This document shows positions 29,040 to 40,994 of a DNA stretch of 64,000 nucleotides, in pieces. The stretch covers positions 156,302,001-156,366,000 of the forward strand of contig OX597816.1 in the NCBI GenBank assembly GCA_951406725.2. Direction: 5' to 3'. The position numbers were made by a program, and so were the translations under genes. Source of the stretch: Octopus vulgaris (lineage: Eukaryota). The notes under the pieces are model-generated. The model did no database searches and was not told where the DNA came from. It was given only the letters and a program-made list of their open reading frames with translations. The number at the start of each line of letters is the position of its first letter. Positions within the stretch are counted from its first letter, which is position 1.

Positions 29040-29433
29040 TTTATCTACTCTAGGCACAAGGCCCGAAATTTTTGGGGAGAGGGCCAGTCGTTTAGATCGA
29101 CCCCAGTATGCAACTGATACTTAATTTATCGACCCCGAAAAGATAAAAGGCAAAGTCGACCACAGCGGCATTTGAACTCACAGAGTAAAGACGGGTGAAA
29201 TGCCTATTTCTTTGCTACCCACAAGAGGCTAAACACAGAGAGGACAATCAAGGACAGACAAACGGATTAAGTCGATTGTATCTATCCCAGTGCATAACTG
29301 GTACTTATTTAATCGACCCCCGAAAGGATGAAAGGCAAAGTGGACCTCGGCGGAATTTGAACTCAGAACGTAGCGGTAGACGAAATACCGTTAAGCATTT
29401 CGCCCGGCGTGCTAACGTTTCAGCTCGCCACCT
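29040..29433 (-). mobile_element. Two tandem SINE family B copies
   Basis: Two minus-strand gagttcaaat.ccgc..aggtc.actttgccttt.atc.tttcggggtcgat blocks (about 29130-29190 and 29310-29370); head ggtggcgagctgaaacgttagcacgccgggcg at 29433. Confidence 0.85.
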
Positions 29434-29489
29434 TCCTATTTTGAACACATTGTATCTCCTTAGGAGCACAATTATTTGCCAAATGTTAA

Positions 29490-30432
29490 CAGGAGTGGCT
29501 GTGTGGTAAGTAGTTTGCTTACCAACCACTTGGTTCCGGGTTCAGTCCCACTGTATGTCACCTTGGGCAAGTGTCTTCTACTATAGCCTCGGGCCGACCA
29601 AAACCTTGTGAGTGGATTTGATTGACAAAACTGAAAGACGCCTGCCGTATTCCCTTCCGCCATTGCTTCTTTGCCAAGTTGTTTTGGCGCCTTTTTCTCC
29701 CAGCCTCTTTGATTCTTTCTCTCTCTCTCTCTCTCTCTTGGTCACTGCTCCTGTCCTCAGCCTTCCACCCTCCTTGGTCCCCTCTCTCTCTGTCCCTCTT
29801 TCTCTCACTCTTACCCACTTGCGACTTGCTGCCTCAGCCATTCCGTTGCCAACGGCCGCTTGTTCAACATGTGTCTCTTCGCCGAAAAGGTAATTATTTT
29901 TCCACGCTTGCTGATAAATTGTTTTTGTGTCTCCTTTTGTCTCAAAGCCGTAGGGCGCCTGTGTCATCCTTGTTTTTAACCGTTACTGTCTTCAAAAAAG
30001 TTTTTTTCGTTTCATGTTCGTCTCTGTTGCGTTGCATTCTTTCCTTCTGGGGCTGGCCGATTCAGAGCAGATCTCAGAATTAAACAGCCGAAATTTGCGA
30101 TGATGAATCGGTTTCTGACTGAAGAACGAAGACTTTGAATGACCCGTCTGTCTCTTATGTTCGTCCCTTCGTGTATTTCACGTTATTTATATATGTAAAG
30201 GTTTATTTTATTATTATATATATATATGTGTGTGTGTGTATGTGTCCGTGTTTATGCCCTCGCCCCCCGCCACATCGCTTGACAACAGATGCTGGTGTGT
30301 TTAAGTAACTTAGCGGCCCGGCAAAAGAGACCGATAGAATAAGACTAACTCCTGGGGTCGATTTGCTCGACTAAAGGCGGTGCTCCAGCATGGCCGCAGT
30401 CAAATGACTGAAACAAGTAAAAGAGTAAAAGA
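29490..30432 (+). mobile_element. SINE family A split by a nested insertion (head 29490-29650, tail about 30225-30432)
   Basis: Head ggagtggctgtgtggtaag...ccttgggcaagtgtcttct and tail catcgcttgacaac...cagcatggccgcagtcaaatgactgaaacaagtaaaagag are collinear with the intact copy at 34413-34860. Confidence 0.85.
29651..30190 (+). mobile_element. About 540-bp inserted repeat (PLE-like?) with structured RNA motif at 30051-30125
   Basis: Interrupts the SINE at its central microsatellite; pyrimidine-rich 5' part, T-rich 3' end abutting tatatat; shares motif architecture with 49120-49345. Confidence 0.5.
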
Positions 30433-31019
30433 GTATGATTGACCACGAGTGCATTTCACACCACCGACAACATTTTAGAATATTTGGAGATGATTTAATG
30501 TGTTGCATAATCAAGCTCACTATCCACCACTCTCTTTCTATCAATATCATGCTGATATCTTCTTGATTATGGTTTTAATTAGTGCATTCACCTTTATGAA
30601 TATTCCCTTATGGAATTTCTCCTACGCAAATTCTGCTCACTGTCAACAGGATTTACCGCTGTTAAGACCATCAACTCCACCAAGGCCACCATCCCTGGTG
30701 TCGTAGTAGTGGTCATCATCGTTGTCATCGTAGGAAATATCGATCTTGTCATACGTCCTCCGGCTCTTTCATTGTTCGTGAGTGATATGAGAGTAAGCGG
30801 AAGGAGCTTGTTGGAAAGAAGGAAAAAAATGAAAGAAAGAATGGATGAAAGAATGTGAGTTATAGGTGGAGGTGGAGAAAGGAAGTGAAGGCCGGGACGG
30901 ACGGTGAGTGAGGCCAAGGGAAAGGGAATGAAGCAGCTAGAATGAATAAATAATATTTAACATAAAAAGAGAAGTAAAAGAAGGCTAAGAAAAGGAAGAA
31001 TAAGAATAAGAATAATAAT

Positions 31020-31385
31020 AAGAGGAAGAAAAACGAGAAGAAAGAATAAGAAGAAGAAAAAGAAAAAGAAGAAAAAAGAAGAAAAAGAAAAGAAATAGAA
31101 GAAAAAGGAGGTGGAGAAGAAGAAGAAGAACAAGAAAACAAGAAGAAGAAGAAGAAGAAGAAAAAGAAGAAGAAGAAGAAGAAGAAGAAAAGAAGAAGAA
31201 GAAGAAGAAGAAGAAGAAGAAGAAGGAGGAGAAGAAGAAGAAGAAGAAGAAGAAGAAGAAGAAGAAGAAGAAAAAGAAGAAGAAAAAGAAGAAGAAGAAG
31301 AAGAAGAAGAAGAAGAAGAAGAAGGAAGAAGAAGAAGAAGAAGAAGAAGAAGAAGAAGAAGAAGAAAAAGAAGAAGAAGAAGAAA
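31020..31385. repeat. (AAG)n-rich polypurine tract
   Basis: Direct sequence. Confidence 0.95.
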
Positions 31386-31689
31386 AGAGAATGATAAAGG
31401 AGTAGGAGGAGAAGCAGAGGATGAAAGAAAGAAGTTATAACGTGCCTGCCAATCCAATTAATTCTCACGTCGGTCCGAGGTCGGAAACCCGCTTTGAAGA
31501 CGTTAATGAATAGAATGAAGCAGGTACAGAGTCAAATTTGACTAATAACGAATTCTAACAAAGACACGCTGTCACATATATGATAAATGGATTAAACAAG
31601 ATTAACGGGCCACAATGTATTACTGCTAGTCCAATTGTGACCCCTGGTTGGAAGGCAATATTAGCTAACTCTGGTGAATTTTTACCCAG

Positions 31690-32750
31690 AATGTAAAGGG
31701 ATGGAAACAAAGTGATCCCTTATGTTGTTTTGCAAACAACTTAGACGTGCAAGTGCTACCAGTCGAGAACTCCGCATGCCCGAAGCCAGGTAGAGTGTGG
31801 GGCCATCAGGAGAGAATGCACGCCATTTTGGGGACCTACGTTTCGACGGCATCAATGCGTTCCGGCCCACCTCCGTAATGTGATGCCCCGCTTGTTAGAT
31901 CAATTGGTTATTAAATACAGCACAATATTCTTTTAGCCATCACTCAACGTCTCTTTTTAACCAAATCCAGTGGCTAACCTTTTCCACTGTAGTTCGGATA
32001 TCGGTCATGGTGATATTTACTTTACGATGAGTTAGACCTAACGATAACAACAGTCAGCTCACACTGTGTCCAACTCTCTTTCACTCTAAATAATTCCTTT
32101 CCTGTATCGTAAATTGAGCTTGTTAACTTTCCCAGTTTCTCCACTGTAGAACCTGTCACTTTATAAAGTGCACGACATACCTTGTTTTCATACTCTATAT
32201 TTTCCTTTCTCATTAGCAGCAGGCCACAAAATCTTCGGTCTCCTCTGAGTATCAGTTTCATAACCTGCAGTTTCCTGTCAGGAAGAAGTTTTTGCTGTAG
32301 CTTTATCGATCCCCTGTGGTTTGAGTCCGCGGATGATTTGCCAGCCTCTCTCGGTTGCAAAGATCTTACAGCACAGTTTGCATCCAAAGTTGTTTGTATT
32401 TGGTTCGCTGTTCGAACGAATGGCCGTACTCATGTCCAAAGTCATTTCCGTGTTAACTGGGTTTGAGTGATTCTCGACCCCCCCCTCGCCCCTCAGTCAA
32501 TTGTGGTGCTGTCATTCTCATTGGTATCTGTTACAACATGTTACAAAGGCGAGGATCGTAAGTCCACAGCCTCCGCCAGTCTTTCCTGTCGTCGATAGTC
32601 TTTCCCATTGTCCGCTCGTCTTTCCTAGTAGCCCTCTTGTCTTTCCAAGATGCCTAAGCGTCTTTCCGGGGCCAAAAGAGGTATTCTGGTAGTCGTGGAG
32701 CTGATGGTGCAGATAGGAGGCAGAGTGAATATTCACTGACATCAAAACTT
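31690..32750 (-). mobile_element. Possible decayed LINE 5' UTR/ORF1 region
   Basis: Microsatellite-free, higher-GC block with purine-rich minus strand, broken ORFs (32022-32387, 31682-31870) and a repeated-motif 5' part; no diagnostic motif firmly recognised. Confidence 0.3.
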
Positions 32751-33203
32751 TCCTTATACAAATTTTTGTTTTGAACCCCTGTATTATATTTTATCATTTT
32801 AATTTGTTTCATCCATTGAAGTGTGGCCATGCTGGTGTATCACCTTGTGGAGGAGGGGGCGGAGTAGATGAACAAATAGATCCTGGTACCGATTCTTTTT
32901 CAAGGCTGATCACTTATACCAAACTATCGGTGACATTTACCGAACTATCGACGACTTTTACCGAACCAATAATGTACAAGAAGCTACACAAACCAATACC
33001 AGACGGACAGCATACAGGGTGGGATGGCTAAATTAAAAATTAAGGTTAAGAAAGGAGACATTAAAATGCAGTAGCCAAACCTTATTTCGGATAAGTCCAT
33101 TTAAAGTACCTGCATAGCACGTTCACCACTTATGGCTACCGGGTGTCATCCACTTTACTGCACTCTCGTCGCTCAGTCTACATAGGTGCATGTTGGGTAT
33201 ATT

Positions 33204-33319
33204 TTAAATAATTGATACGGAAGACGGAGTGTAACTAAAAGCTCTATTTAGCACTACAAACGAAACAATTGGTGTGCTAAATAAAGCTTCTAGTTACACT
33301 CCGTCTTCCGTATCAATCA

Positions 33320-33324
<5 letters not shown>
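33204..33324. repeat. 51-bp-arm inverted repeat (inverted PLE-like termini)
   Basis: Arms 33204-33254 and 33274-33324, 3 mismatches, 19-nt loop containing cgaaac; right arm has aataaa and abuts (TA)n. Confidence 0.85.
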
Positions 33325-33355
<31 letters not shown>

Positions 33356-33451
33356 AATACCATTACTCTCCGTATCAATATTTTAATATATATACATACA
33401 TATATATGTATGTGTATATGTATCTATATATATATATCTATATACATACAT

Positions 33452-33499
<48 letters not shown>

Positions 33500-34080
33500 T
33501 CCCGGGTTGAGTCGGGGTTAACCACAGTAAATAAGGTACTCAATACATTACAGAGTAAATTAATTTAATTCTATAAAATAAATAAATAAATATATTTATA
33601 TATATATATATATACATATATATCATTGCTTTCAGTCTACATCCTGAGTATTCATAATGTTTTACTTTTCATTTACTTTTCTTCTATCATATCTCTCTCC
33701 TTCTCTCTCTTTCCTTAGCATTTCATTATCAGTTCTTCTTTTTTCCTGTCTTTCCTTACCCTTATATCATTCTCTAATTATATGTAACACTTATTTTACT
33801 TCATTCCTTCATTTTATCGCGTTTCTTTCTCATTGCTTTCTTCCTCTTACAATTTTTTTCTTCACAACTTGCTTTTCCTTGTCCCTTTCTATATCTCTTT
33901 TGTCTTTTGTTTTTTAAATTCTTTAACTTTTTCTTTACATTCAACTCCTTTTCTTTCTCTCACTACATTTTATTATCCTCCAATTTCCAAGCGCATCTTT
34001 CTCCGTTCTTTCTGCTTTCCTCCTTCTTTCTGCTCCGTTGCTTAATCACATTATTTTACTCTACCACCTATTGCACTTCG

Positions 34081-34169
<89 letters not shown>

Positions 34170-34377
34170 GTGAGTAACTGCTTGACTGTCTTCCTGTCTC
34201 TCTTCCTATCTGTTAATCGGTCTGGTCTCCCCTTCTGTCTGTGTGTCTTTTTCTCTCTACATTTCTGGTTGTCTCTGTCTCCCCTAATTTAAATATATTC
34301 ATCTCTGTTTTTCCCTCTCTTTCTATATATATGTATCCCTCTCTCTCTATATATAGATTTGAATATTCATATAGGTA

Positions 34378-34412
<35 letters not shown>

Positions 34413-34417
<5 letters not shown>

Positions 34418-34562
34418 TGTGTGGTAAAAGGCTTGCTTCTCAGCAGCATGGTACTGGGTTCAGTCCCACTGCGTGGCACCTCGGCCAAGAGATGTCTACA
34501 ATAGTTTTGGGCCGAACAAAGTATTGTGAGTGGATTTGGTAGACGGAAACAGAAAAAAACAT

Positions 34563-34659
<97 letters not shown>

Positions 34660-34860
34660 TTGTATGTGTTTATCCCCCCACCATTGCTTGACAGCCGATC
34701 TTGGTTTGTTTACGTCCCAGTAACTTTGTGGTCCGGTAAAAGAATAACTATTATGCTTACAAAGAATAAATCTTGAGGTTGATTCGTTCGTTAAAGTCGG
34801 TGCACCAGCATGGCCGCAGTCAGATGACTGAAGCAAGTGAAAGGGATAAAAGAAATAAAA
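34413..34860 (+). mobile_element. SINE family A, near full length
   Basis: tggctgtgtggtaa head, gggttcagtccc B-box-like motif, internal (TA)n(TG)n, tail ending cagcatggccgcagtcagatgactgaagcaagtgaaag. Confidence 0.85.
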
Positions 34861-34898
34861 GGAATATATGTAATAACGAGATATTCAGATATACATCC

Positions 34899-34977
<79 letters not shown>

Positions 34978-35810
34978 CATGTATATACATATGTATGTAT
35001 GCATGTACGTGTATATGTATGCGTATGTGTGTGTGTGTGTCTGTGTGTGTCTGTGTGTGTGTGTGTGTGTGTTTATAATTTTTCTCATTCTCTCATTCTC
35101 ATTGCTGCACACGTTGATATTCATATTTTCTTCATTGCATTTATCAATCCTTTTACTAAATATTTTCAGCTTATTTTTGTCGTTTATTTTGTTTTCTTTA
35201 TTCTTTAGAATACGTTTCTTATCCAATAATATGAAAATGAAAAACAAAAATCATCTAAGATGAAATTTAATAACAACATGCAAAAAATAAAAAGGAACAA
35301 TTCAAGAGAACTTGGTGCCCTGTGGTGTTCCGTTTGTACTACTACTCTTTGTAAATGTGATCATGACCAAGAGAGATGATTTAAATATAGTACAAAGTTG
35401 CGAACCAAGAATGTCGTGAGCGGAACTGGGATAAAAGACAGAATATGAAAATGCTGAAAGAATTAGATTACTAAAATAAAAATATAAAAATATATAATAT
35501 AAATTGGAAAAAGGGGAAAATTACTTATAGCCGAGATATTCTTCATGGTTGATTATTCGTACGTGTTGTAACATAGAAATTTACATTTGGAGAGCGCTAT
35601 GTGAACTTTCTGTCCGGTAAGTAACCAACTGGTGGTCTGGTTGTGAATACATGTTCGGCATTTCCTGGAGGATACTTCAAACGATGTTGCTACACGACTA
35701 TTTGAACTAAGGCACATTTGTTTATGTATGCATGTGCATGATTCTGTGGATGTATATAGGCATTTGTATATACATACATACATACATACATACATACATA
35801 CATACATACA

Positions 35811-35843
<33 letters not shown>

Positions 35844-35874
35844 GCATACATACATACATACATACATACATACA

Positions 35875-35910
<36 letters not shown>

Positions 35911-35912
35911 TT

Positions 35913-36118
35913 TAAGGCGGTGAGCTGGCAGGATCGTTAGCATGCTGGGCGAAATGCTTAGAGGTGTTTCGTATGTCTGAGTTCAAATTCCACCGAGGTC
36001 GACTTTGCCTTTCATCCTTTCGGGGTCAATAAATTAAGTACCAGTTGCGTACTGGGGTCGATCTAATCGACTGATCGCGTCCCCCAAAATTTCGGGCCTT
36101 GTGCCTAGATTAGAAAAG
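35913..36118 (+). mobile_element. SINE family B, full length
   Basis: aaggcggtgagctggcaggatcgttagc head, gagttcaaattcc B box, gactttgcctttcatcctttcggggtc..aagtaccag centre, tail ggccttgtgcctag. Confidence 0.9.
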
Positions 36119-36158
<40 letters not shown>

Positions 36159-36243
36159 CGTTTTTGTGTATGTGTGTGTGACTGTATGTATTTGCGTGTA
36201 TCTGTGTGATGCTTGTATGAATTTGTATATGCATATATAGGTA

Positions 36244-36297
<54 letters not shown>

Positions 36298-36758
36298 AAG
36301 CATGCCGTTTTATATGTATACTCGCATAGACACATGCCTATACACAACTGAATAAACACCTTCCTATATACACAGACACAGACACTCAGACACAACACAC
36401 ATATGCAGAGACTCACGCAGAAACACGCAGGCACAAGTTTTCAGCAAAAGCGCCTTTAGCGGACTTTTGCAGAGTGCTTGGAGAGATAACGTGAGTACTC
36501 ATGCGATGTAGCAAAATATGAAAGATGTTTCATAGTTCATAAAGAGGATGGAAGGAACCCAATCCTTCTACATGATAGGGAATATGCTCTGGAAAAAAAA
36601 AACCTCCATACAAACTGAAGTAAAAATGAAAGGACGACTTAAGATTGGATGTGAAGACAAGCAATATTCAGCAGATAATTTGGGGAAATATTGGAGTTGA
36701 GAGCGTATCATGAAGAAAAATTTTGTTGTATGCATTCAGACATTTTCAAGCGAATCGC

Positions 36759-37061
36759 TCTATACACATAAAATTAAAACAAGACACAAAGATAGGAGAC
36801 CTTGTATATTCAAGCCTCGACGGAATTTGCTTCTGTAAGACGAAGCTTGTTAGACTTGACTACATGGACATTTGAAAGATATTATGTCTGCTAATTATTC
36901 TATGAATGTCATTATTTTGGTGTGGTGAAAAGACACCTGTCTATACACATAAAATTAAAACAAGACACAAAGATAGGAGACCTTGTATATTCAAGCCTCG
37001 ACGGAATTTGCTTCTGTAAGACGAATGTCATTATTTTGGTGTGGTGAAAAGACACCTGTCT
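36759..37061. repeat. Tandem duplication (181-bp offset); second copy lacks about 59 bp
   Basis: 36759-36844 = 36940-37025 and 36904-36942 = 37023-37061 exactly. Confidence 0.9.
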
Positions 37062-37656
37062 CTATAAAATGCCAAATATCATAATTCTGCATTGTATTTA
37101 AGAGAGGAGACTCATGTAATACCTGTAATCAGTCTCACATATCTTCATTTACACACACACACACTTATATATGTATATACACACACGTATTAAAAGTCAG
37201 GGTATATGTACCTGCTTGCTTGAACAGGTGCGCACGGGAAGGTAAATATAGTTTTAAAAATAGTTTACGTTGTGAGCCTAGATGATGAGCTTTAAGCGTC
37301 GATTCAACACAGAAACCGAAATCAATTGATGCTGGGACATCTACGTCCTATTTTTAGTTTTATAAATTGGGGTGACCGTTTTTCTAAATGTATTTGCTAC
37401 ATTCTCCGCGCGTGTTTGAATATGGTGAACGATGCATGGTTTTGTAGAGTTTTAACTCTTCTTTCAAACGAACAGGTACATATTGTACGCCGACTTTTAA
37501 TATATATTTTGTATATTGAGATTATAGTTGCTGGCTACTTTATCATTATTGTTTTAGAAACACTGATAACTTATTTGAAATTTATATATATATGGTGGAA
37601 AGGAACACACGAGTTGATATATATGAAAAAACAAGTCAAAAATAGAAAATGCTAAG

Positions 37657-37724
<68 letters not shown>

Positions 37725-37756
37725 GTGTATATATATATAAAGTATAAACCAAATAT

Positions 37757-37956
37757 GAAAACACAAAGAGAAAACGCAACAACACGAGGACGTGGAACAA
37801 GTATAGTATTATTGAACGCTCAGGAAAGAAGGAAACAAGGAGGATTTAACGTTTCGAGCGGAGCTCTTCGTCAGAAACATGGGAAAATGAAAGATCCAAA
37901 GAAGGGAAGATGGAGGAAAAAAATCGCCAACGGTACCAACGGTACACACGCGGTCA
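37757..37956 (-). mobile_element. Penelope-like pLTR fragment carrying a hammerhead
   Basis: Minus strand pyrimidine-rich lead, HHR motif, then ttcctgagcgttcaataatact...gttgttgcgttttctctttgtg, related to the post-HHR segments at 2200 and 14060; (TA)n nearby on both sides. Confidence 0.65.
37844..37878 (-). ncRNA. Minimal type I hammerhead ribozyme motif, canonical core
   Basis: gttt-CTGACGA-A-GAGC-tcc-GCTC-GAAA-C-GTT-aaat; palindromic AACGTT at stem III. Confidence 0.75.
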
Positions 37957-38053
37957 TATATATATAGATATACACAGGCATACATATACACACAGGCATA
38001 CATACATACATACATTCCAGAGTACATGTGTTTGTGTGTATGTGTGTGTGTGT

Positions 38054-38115
<62 letters not shown>

Positions 38116-38365
38116 CCAATCTGACATATTACGAACAAGAACACGGAATTCTGTTTGAATTTTTGAAAAACAAAATATTTATTCTTCACGTAAAGAAAAA
38201 GCAAATATTGTCATTACTACGAACAACAAATTGTCGAGAGAGTTTTTTCATGTCATTATTCACAATTCTTTCTTTCTTTCCTACTTTCTTTTTGTCTGTC
38301 TGTCTGTCTCGGCCTGTTTGTCTGTCTCGGTTTGTTTGTCTGTCTGTCTCGGTCTGTCTGTCTGG

Positions 38366-38423
<58 letters not shown>

Positions 38424-39312
38424 GTATCCGTAACAGCAGTTAAATGGAGGTTAGTAGCAGCTTGCCGTGCTAGCTACTGACTTTTAATGTTTTTCGTCCT
38501 CTTATTGTTCATTGCCTTTGTGTTATCAGCTACCTATTTCTTTACTTGTGTTATCAGCTACCTTCCGACGTCTTCTACAATGTCAGTCAATGTTCTCTGT
38601 CAAATGGTGAAAGTGTGCTGAATTTAAAGTGCTGGATAGGGTCAGAGAGAACAGCACAATAAGATGAGAATGCTGCTGGAGCCAACCCTAGGTGATGCAA
38701 TGATTGGTTAGAATATTTTATTACATGGGTAATATTCTAAGGAATCGCTTCATCGCATGTAGGGACCTGAATGCTATAAACCAATTAATTCGTTTTTCCA
38801 GCTTGAGTAGAATGCGTTGCCTAATGAAACTAATTGAATCACACACATAAACGATAAAGAAGATCGTGTCATTTTTCCTTGTGTTGTTGTTGCTTTCCTT
38901 CAAGTTGACTCTGATGAATTAAGCCTACGATCAAAACAGTAATGTCATCCCTGCGTCGCTTTCTTTACTTTTGGAACATAAGTATATTCCCAACTCTTTT
39001 ATACCATGTATCCATTTTAAAGACGTGTAGATATGGTTTGTAGAATCGTGGCTAATAATTGTAACCATTCCGAGTTATCATGTTCAAGAGGTGACTTATA
39101 TTTGTTGCAAATATATGAACAAAGGTCGATAGAATTGTTCGCTGATACGTTCACCCTCATCAGATAACAATTTAGTGCACCTAATTACATTTCAAATGTG
39201 TTTATCAGCCATCTTGTTTCAGATATTTAAAATTCGTATATTTTCAATGTTTTCAATCGTCTATAATACATCATATAATAATAATAATAACAATAACAAT
39301 AACAACAACAAC

Positions 39313-39387
<75 letters not shown>

Positions 39388-39388
<1 letters not shown>

Positions 39389-39932
39389 CAGTACTAGGCA
39401 GTGGCTTTCATGGCTTCTGTTCTTAACTGATTGGAAGTGTTAACATGTACATTGTTTTTTCTTGGTATAAAAGATGGGCTACAGCAAATATTCTACTCAA
39501 TACCACAGATTTGCTTGTCAGTTGTTTGACCTTAACCAGTTGACCATGTCCCTTAGTGGCTGATGTTATGTGCATCTCTGATCACGAGTAGAAGTAGTGG
39601 GGGAGATCATAGCCATGTGTTGAGAGGGATTCTTTGGAGTTTGAATAATTCACCTCGGGAAACATGGGTGTTTCGTTCAACATCCTTAAACAACCCTTAT
39701 TCAGGGACCTTTTGAGCGGGATGGGCTACTCGACCAGAAGAAAATTCTAATTGGGCCCAACCTGCAAGGTCTTGCGCTGTTTATCTTGATATGAGATCAC
39801 CATGTCCTGCACATATGGTTGTGATGCATGTGCCTGGTGTACCCTTATCAGACGGGTAGTCATAATGGGAATATTGGGCTTCGTATATTTTACCCCAATG
39901 TCACTTTGATGGCATGCACTACTCTCTCACTC
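39388..39932. mobile_element. 545-bp element embedded in an (AAT)n microsatellite
   Basis: Complex, higher-GC sequence with in-phase (AAT)n on both sides; no ORF or TIR. Resembles a truncated 3' UTR of a TAA-targeting non-LTR element (inference). Confidence 0.6.
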
Positions 39933-39948
39933 AATAATAATAATAATA

Positions 39949-40038
<90 letters not shown>

Positions 40039-40081
40039 GGTGGTGGTGGTGGTGGTGGTGGTGGTGGTGGTAGTGGTAGTG

Positions 40082-40127
<46 letters not shown>
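39933..40127. repeat. Compound (AAT)(ATT)(TAG)(TGG)(TAG) triplet repeat
   Basis: Direct sequence. Confidence 0.95.
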
Positions 40128-40129
<2 letters not shown>

Positions 40130-40405
40130 AGGCAGAATCGTTAGTATCCCGGGCGAAATTCTTAGCAGTATTTCACCTGTCTTCACGTCCTGAGTTCAAA
40201 TTCCGCCAAGATTGACTGTGCCTTTCATCCTTTCTGATATATACTAGCGTGACTTCCGGCTTTACGTCTTCAGTTCAGATTTCATCCAGATCGATTTTTC
40301 TTTTTATACTTTCCGTGTCTATAAATTAAATACCAGTTAAGCATCGGGGTCGATGTAAATGACTAACCACCTCCGCCTACCCAATTTCAGGCCTTGTGTC
40401 TATAG
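40128..40405 (+). mobile_element. SINE family B with partial internal duplication
   Basis: ggcagaatcgttag head, two gttcaaat/gttcagat B-box blocks, tail tttcaggccttgtgtcta. Confidence 0.75.
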
Positions 40406-40994
40406 CAGACAGAGAGAAATAATGCTAATCCTCACAGCATATGCTGTTCTTGTTAGTTCTGTAATGATGCAAGGCTTAAAATTAGTAACACTAACTTGAC
40501 TCTTTAGAATAGAACATGGTATTACGATGTCGTTGCACCTTTTCACCTTTCTTCCCTTTCCGATCCCTTCTTAAACTTCTTTTCAGTAGAATTCTATTAC
40601 GAAAGTAATAGACATCTCAAACTTCCTTACACTCCTTATGCACTTGAAATATTCTTACAAAATCATTATTTTTTCCCTCTTCAATCGACTGATAACGTGA
40701 GGTACTAGAATGAAAACGAGCTATAATGTAATCAATTAGTCAACGAGATGCTGATTCATCTACAGTTCCCAATTGCTACTAATTAGCTGATTAGTGCTGT
40801 GCACGATGTCCCCCATCTCTTACTTTATCCTATGCACTTAATTCAATAAACTCTTACTCAGGCTACAGATAAACTGTTTCATCACCCACTAATATCTCTT
40901 TATTTTTAGATCCCCTTCATAGGGCTTTAGTATGTTCCGTTGTTCGTTTTATTTTTTTTTATTCTGTTTTCTTTATTGCCCACTATTCATGAGT

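Noticed and set aside
30860-31468. Poly-L/F/S/E/R ORFs (also 23244-23586 and 55392-56108)
   Set aside because: Triplet-repeat artefacts.
32579-32667. CRISPR array
   Set aside because: 8-bp repeats and 11-13 bp spacers are far too short, no cas genes, eukaryotic context.
38518-38563. 18-bp direct repeat ttgtgttatcagctacct near SOX/GATA-like words as an enhancer
   Set aside because: Short motifs alone do not support regulatory function; a simple local duplication explains it.
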